DNA from: Thermoproteus sp.
GTDB taxonomy: Archaea; Thermoproteota; Thermoprotei; Thermoproteales; Thermoproteaceae
Assembly (NCBI GenBank): GCA_049976425.1
Contig: JBMFIG010000036.1
Span: 1-11,784, forward strand
Direction of reading: 5' to 3'
DNA: 11,784 nucleotides
Shown piece by piece: positions 7,334-11,784 of the stretch (its first letter is position 1; each line of letters opens with the position of its first letter). The notes beneath the pieces were generated by a model. The model did no database searches, was not told the DNA's origin, and saw only the letters and a list, made by a program, of their open reading frames with translations. Both the position numbers and the translations under genes were made by a program.

Positions 7334-7376
7334 TATCGAAACAGATATCGGATATATTTAAATTTTTCGATATCGG
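7334..7376 (-). promoter_or_regulatory. Promoter with repeated GATATC-type motifs
   Basis: TATA TTTAAATA 7362-7355. GATATCGG at 7344-7351 and 7369-7376. Inverted pair TATCGAAA (7334-7341) and TTTCGATA (7365-7372). Confidence 0.55.
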
Positions 7377-8287
7377 TTAGAGCCTAACCACGTCGTACCT
7401 CCCGACGACCTTCAGAAGGGTGGTCCTCCCCCTAAGCGCCGACACGAGCCCGTCGAGCCCGTCGCCCACCTCCAGCTCCACCAAGAAGAAGTAGTCCCAG
7501 GGGGAGAGGCGGGTCGGCCTCGAGTATATCAGGGACATGTTGACGCCAGCCGCCGCGATGGGCTCCAGCGCTCTGTAGAGAGAGCCCGGGGTGTTCGGCA
7601 CGGCGAATATCAAGGCCGCGTAGCGGCCCCCGCCAGCTGTGCCGGACCCCGCCGGCGATATGACTGCGAATCTGGTGTAGCTCTCGGCGTCCTCGACCCC
7701 GCACTGGGCCTCGAAACCGGCGAGGGCCCTCGGCGACGCCAAGACCCCGCAGTCTGTGCAGGTCTCGAAGGCCTTGACCGCCTCGGCGGTGCTGTTGGTG
7801 TAGACCACCTGCGCCCCCAGCGAGGAGAGGAGCCGCCGGGCTTGGGCTATGGCGTGTGGGTGGGAGTAGACCACCCGCGGCGTGCCCCTCCTGGCGAAGC
7901 AGAGGACGATCCTCATCTCCAAGACGGCGGATATGCGGACGTTCCGCGTCGCCAAGGAGTCGACCGTCTCCCCCACGGGCCCCTCCAGCGAGTTCATGAA
8001 AGGCACCACTCCCAGATCGGCCGAGCCGCCCTCGACCATGGCGAAGACCTCGCCGATTGATCTGGCCGGCACCAGCGAGGCGCCCGGCATGTACGAGGAG
8101 GCCGCCTCCCACGTGAACGACTTCTCCGGGCCGAGGTAGGCGACGACAGGCTTGTGGCGCCTAGATATCAGCGAGGCCAGAAACGCGCCGAGCTCGCCGC
8201 CGGTGGAGGGAGGCTCCGGACAAGACGCCCTCAGCTCTACCAGCTCCTGGATGCGGCGCTCCAGATCCCGAACCCCGCGCAGTCCAT
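7377..8287 (-). CDS. pheA: Prephenate dehydratase with C-terminal ACT domain; apparent 1-nt frameshift near the 5' end
   Basis: VVPFMNSLEGPV, SHPHAIAQ, STAEA, YTRF and ACT PNTPGSL...SRP. The frame stays open upstream of the track's ATG (8090) and encodes VAYLGPEKSFTWEAA. The promoter-positioned ATG at 8287 is one base out of frame. Confidence 0.9.
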
Positions 8288-8326
8288 GAGGGGCGGAACT
8301 GCCGGATTTATATAGATTGGCCGCGC

Positions 8327-9196
8327 CTACAGATCGGCCTCCGCGTACACGTCCGGCCTCAACGGGAGGTCCAAGACGAGGCGCACCTTATACCTCGCGC
8401 CGCCGCCCAGGCCCCAGACCTCCCCCGGCGATATGCCGATGCGCTTCGCCTCCCCCACCTCGACGGCCCGCGGCACCACGTAGAGCCCCCCGCGGCCCGC
8501 GACGTTGAGGACCTCCCTCACCACGCCGTTCGAGGAGGCCTTGGCCAGGACGACCTTGGCCTTCTGAAGCCCGAAATCGGCGTGTAGCTCGACCCGCGCC
8601 GATCTGGCCCTCGACCCCCAGAACTCCAGATAGGTCTCGACTACGCCGCCCTTGACGGCCACCTGGGCCTTCGCGTAGTCCCCCTCCTCGGTAGAGGCGG
8701 AGAGCGACACCGGCCCCCTCTCGGGGACCGGCCCCGCCACCGCCGCGACGTAGATCCCCCTACAGCAGGGGTCCGCCACCTCGTAGGCGGGGAGCCAGAG
8801 GTACAGCCAGTCCCGGCCGGCCGCAACGACGTAGCCCGAGGAATGGCCCCAGTCGAGCCTCGACGCAAGGTAGGCCCCGCCGAAGGGCTCGAACCTCAGC
8901 GTCCCGCTCTCCCCTCTGCCCGTGCTGTAGCTGTAGGAGGTCAGGTAGCCCGGCACGACGGCGAGCGGCCTCTCCAGAAACCCCCCGCACCTCAAGACGG
9001 ACATCAGCGATCTGACCCGCCTGCCCTTGCCGTAGCCGTAGAGGGCGACGGCCGCCGCTGACGCAGACGCCACGGCCAACGCGAGCTCGAGCGGGGCGCC
9101 GACTCTTCTCAACGGCAGGAACAAGAACAGCCAGCCCAGCGCCGCCCCCAAGTACCAGAAACCCGGTCTGAAGAGAGCCGTCGGGCATCCCTCCAT
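8327..9196 (-). CDS. Membrane-anchored hypothetical protein (2 N-terminal TM plus beta-rich domain), 289 aa
   Basis: From MEGCPTALF: two hydrophobic helices, then a soluble beta-rich region ending YKVRLVLDLPLRPDVYAEADL. TATA TTTTAT 26 nt upstream of ATG 9196. The track's extra 76 N-terminal codons are low-complexity Arg/Ala. Confidence 0.75.
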   Translation of the reverse strand: MEGCPTALFRPGFWYLGAALGWLFLFLPLRRVGAPLELALAVASASAAAVALYGYGKGRRVRSLMSVLRCGGFLERPLAVVPGYLTSYSYSTGRGESGTLRFEPFGGAYLASRLDWGHSSGYVVAAGRDWLYLWLPAYEVADPCCRGIYVAAVAGPVPERGPVSLSASTEEGDYAKAQVAVKGGVVETYLEFWGSRARSARVELHADFGLQKAKVVLAKASSNGVVREVLNVAGRGGLYVVPRAVEVGEAKRIGISPGEVWGLGGGARYKVRLVLDLPLRPDVYAEADL

Positions 9197-9277
9197 ACGC
9201 GGATCTGGGGACAGAGATAAAAGAATGACGCCGTAGGCGGCCGGCCGCGCAGATCGACACGCCGCCTCACAACGCGC

Positions 9278-9433
9278 CGCGGGGCCCTCCGACGCCGTCG
9301 CTGGGCGACGGACTGCGGCGATCGCTTTAGGCGAGATTCCCCGCGCCGAGCGCGCTGCTGTGTAGGAGCCGCGAGGCCGGCCTCGCGGCCGGTCAGCTCG
9401 GCGCCGCGTATAGTCGACGCCCAAAGCCCCGCG
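9278..9433. repeat. GC-rich intergenic cluster of nested inverted repeats
   Basis: 22-bp perfect palindrome 9368-9389. Stems 9343-9351/9396-9404, 9295-9301/9305-9311 and 9278-9285/9426-9433. Confidence 0.55.
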
Positions 9434-9440
9434 CTCCTCC

Positions 9441-9920
9441 TCAAGCTCGCCGCGTTGCGGCCCTTCTGACGTATTCCACCACGTCTTCTACGTCCTTCTT
9501 GACCTGATCCAGCGACCTGTAGCGCGACAGAACCCCCTCGGGGTCGAGGCCGCTGTGCTGGAATTGATGGAGGTCTAGGGCTTTTTCCACTGCCAGCTCC
9601 AGCTCCTTGTCGCCTATGTGCTGGGCCACCTCCTTCATCCTGGTTGTGGGCATTAGGGCAATCACCAGGTCTACCTTAGCCACCCGGCGGCCCCGGCCCG
9701 CCTCCTTCTCGCCGGGATAGAGGCCGGCCAGCTTTTCCCTGTGTTGAGCCGCCACCGCGGCCAGCAGAGCCTTCACGGCCTGAAACGCCTTGCCAGCCGC
9801 GTTTCTATATAGGCCGTTTTCGAGAAAGCGGAGGGCCAGCTCGGCCTCGTAGACGGCCTCCCTCAGCCTGTCCTCGCGATACCTATCGAGGTCGATCCAC
9901 GGCTTCGCCGCAGACTCCAC
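9441..9920 (-). CDS. PaREP1 family protein (HEPN-like fold), about 159 aa
   Basis: KPWxDLxxY...RLREAxYEAELAxxFLENGLYRNAAGKAFQAxKALLAA...MPTT...ALDLHQFQ pattern. GTG at 9920 fits the TATA at 9947-9941. The in-frame ATG at 9932 is the alternative start. Confidence 0.88.
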   Translation of the reverse strand: MESAAKPWIDLDRYREDRLREAVYEAELALRFLENGLYRNAAGKAFQAVKALLAAVAAQHREKLAGLYPGEKEAGRGRRVAKVDLVIALMPTTRMKEVAQHIGDKELELAVEKALDLHQFQHSGLDPEGVLSRYRSLDQVKKDVEDVVEYVRRAATRRA

Positions 9921-10134
9921 GTTAATCCCCATGGCCCAGGTTATATAGTTAGCCGCGTCGGGCGCAAGTCCGTGCCCGCAGATGTGGCGGTGTCGTGCAC
10001 TGCATTATACGAAGACGCGGCCGCTGAGATGTTGGCTTCAGCTACGCCGCGTCGGCATCTCGCGGGACGCGGGGCCGTTTTGGCTGCAGAGGCGTAGCTG
10101 GCGGCTCTCCGCCTCCGGCCGTCGGAGCTGTCTA

Positions 10135-10158
10135 TTTATACCTTATTACGTATGTAAT
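10135..10158 (+). promoter_or_regulatory. TATA box and downstream palindrome of ATPase gene
   Basis: TTTATA 10135-10140, then ATTAC-GTAT-GTAAT 10145-10158 between the TATA and ATG 10163. Confidence 0.55.
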
Positions 10159-10162
10159 TATT

Positions 10163-11614
10163 ATGGCTGTAATAAAACTCTACGGGCGGGAGAGGGAGCT
10201 GGCTCTGCTTGGGCGCCTCAAGCCTCCCTTTCTCGCCGTGGTGTACGGCCGGAGGAGAATCGGCAAGACCGCGTTGGTGCTGTCCTTCCTCTCGGCGAGG
10301 CCCCACCTGTACTTCTTCGTCAACCCGAAAAAGCCCCGGGGGGCCTTGCTCGAGGAGTTTGGGGAGGCGTTGAGGCGGGCGGCGGGCCTCCCGAGCTACG
10401 TCCGGTTTGCGGACTGGGAGGAGTTTTTCGACGCGTTGTTCCGGCTTAGGGGGTACGTGGTGGCTTTCGACGAGTTTCAGTGGTTTCTGGAGACGGCGCC
10501 TGAGGTGCCCTACATACTGCAGAAGATGTGGGATACCCGGGTGGAGAAGCCCTCGGTTATCCTCACGGGATCGGTGGTGGGCATGGTGAAGAGGCTTGTG
10601 GCAGAGGCGGGATCTCCCCTCTACGGCAGGGCGGACTTGGTGCTGGAGCTGGGCGAGCTGGAGCCTCCCGCCGTCTTTCAGTGGCTGGCCGACATGGGCG
10701 TGGCGGGGGAGGAGGCCTTCAAGCTCTTCCTCCTGTTCGGCGGGGTGCCCTACTACTACCGCCTCGCTCAGCAGTGGGGGGTGAAGACTGCGGAGGAGGC
10801 CGTGAGGCTTCTGGTGGCGGGGGAGGGCGGCCCCTTGAGGCACGAGGTGGAGTTCGTCCTCGCCGAGTCTCTCGGGAGGGAGTACCGCACCCACTTGGCG
10901 ATTCTAGACGCAGTGGCCGGAGGCGCCACTAAGCTGGAGCAGATGGCCAGCCGCGCCGGGGTGAAGGCCACGTCCCTCCCGCCCTACCTCAACGACCTAG
11001 TCAACCTCCTCGGCGTGTTGGAGCGGCGCAGGAGCAAGAGAGTCTACTACGAGATTAGGGATAGGTTCTACGCCTACTGGCTGAGGTCCGTGTACAGACA
11101 CGGCGACGTGGCGGCGGGGGAGGCCCTGGAGGAGGCCGCCGTCAGGGAGCTGGAGAGCTTCTACCCGTGGGCTTTCGAGGCCGCAGTCAGGCAGATACTG
11201 CCGAGGCTCTACCCCGTCAAGAAAGTGGCCAAGGAGGCGGTGCACCTCAGAGAGGGGGGCAGGCGCGTCCAGCTGGACGTAGACGCCTTGGGAGTAGACG
11301 AGGAGAGGGGGTTCGCGGTGCTGGCCGAGGCCAAGTGGGGCGCCGCAGACCCCCGCGAAATAGTGCCGAAGCTCAAGAAGGCCGCGGAGATCCTCATCCC
11401 CCCGGGCTGGACGACGCGGCTGGCCATATTCGCCAGGTCCTTCACAGCGGAGACGGAGGAGGCAGACCTCATAGATCTCCCAACCCTCCTCCAAAACCTC
11501 ACGCAGCCCCCTCCAGATGTACATGCCTTCCAAAAAGACGCGGCCCGCGGCGGCTCGGCGAAGCCCGGCGACAGTGCACGCCGGTGGCCACGGCGCCAAG
11601 GCTCTGGAGCTTAG
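10163..11614 (+). CDS. Archaeal ATPase (COG1672/ATPase_2) with wHTH and C-terminal DUF234/PD-(D/E)xK nuclease-like domain, 483 aa
   Basis: YGRERE, Walker A GRRRIGKT, Walker B FDEFQ, ILTGS, SPLYGR, GGVPYY, wHTH (KLEQMASRAG...YLNDL), YEIRDRFYAYW, FE...DVD...AEAKW. Confidence 0.92.
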   Translation: MAVIKLYGRERELALLGRLKPPFLAVVYGRRRIGKTALVLSFLSARPHLYFFVNPKKPRGALLEEFGEALRRAAGLPSYVRFADWEEFFDALFRLRGYVVAFDEFQWFLETAPEVPYILQKMWDTRVEKPSVILTGSVVGMVKRLVAEAGSPLYGRADLVLELGELEPPAVFQWLADMGVAGEEAFKLFLLFGGVPYYYRLAQQWGVKTAEEAVRLLVAGEGGPLRHEVEFVLAESLGREYRTHLAILDAVAGGATKLEQMASRAGVKATSLPPYLNDLVNLLGVLERRRSKRVYYEIRDRFYAYWLRSVYRHGDVAAGEALEEAAVRELESFYPWAFEAAVRQILPRLYPVKKVAKEAVHLREGGRRVQLDVDALGVDEERGFAVLAEAKWGAADPREIVPKLKKAAEILIPPGWTTRLAIFARSFTAETEEADLIDLPTLLQNLTQPPPDVHAFQKDAARGGSAKPGDSARRWPRRQGSGA

Positions 11615-11762
11615 GAGGACTGCTGGCGCCGGCCTACGTAGGCCCCAGCCGCGCCTCGTCTACCCAGCGCCTTTCTGCGGGGCCGCCGAGGCGTTGCGGG
11701 CACTCCTACAGTGGAGGCTTCTCTAGATGCATTCCAATGTGTTCCACAAGGTCTTCTCAACG

Positions 11763-11784
11763 AAAAACTAGCCGAGCCCCACGC
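11763..11784 (-). other. Probable 3' end and T-tract terminator of a minus-strand gene beyond the window
   Basis: Minus strand reads GTG GGG CTC GGC TAG (stop 11770-11768) followed by TTTTT. Too short to identify. Confidence 0.25.

Noticed and set aside
9197-9424. N-terminal 76 codons of the 365-aa ORF
   Set aside because: Low-complexity translation of the structured spacer. TATA spacing supports ATG 9196.
9230-9440. SRP RNA (permuted in Thermoproteus) or short type T RNase P RNA
   Set aside because: I find no SRP helix-8 GNRA/AGCAG arrangement and no RNase P P4 motifs on either strand. An Infernal search would settle it.
1-11784. CRISPR array, rRNA, transposase or integrase
   Set aside because: No regularly spaced repeats and no matching motifs seen. 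The AT-rich left edge could still be a leader for an array outside the window.

Overview
GC-rich archaeal chromosomal window. Gene content, PaREP1 and near-universal leaderless promoters point to Thermoproteaceae (Thermoproteus/Pyrobaculum-like). Left: a very AT-rich non-coding stretch (possible replication origin/DUE), then mcm, a convergent gins23, a stand-alone CBS-pair gene, a 73-aa zinc-ribbon gene missed by the ORF track (apparent CTG start) and hel308/hjm. Middle, minus strand: a Trp/Gly-rich small protein, then a secreted protein with a perfect palindrome at its promoter, a multi-TM membrane protein and an overlapping winged-helix regulator. These last three are a candidate kinase-free transmembrane signalling module. 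Right: pheA, whose promoter-positioned ATG is one base out of frame, a membrane-anchored beta-rich hypothetical protein, PaREP1 flanked by structured GC-rich spacers, and a divergent COG1672-type ATPase-wHTH-nuclease. Several ORF-track starts were corrected using the roughly 26-nt TATA-to-start spacing. All family calls come from motif recognition by eye; no searches were run.
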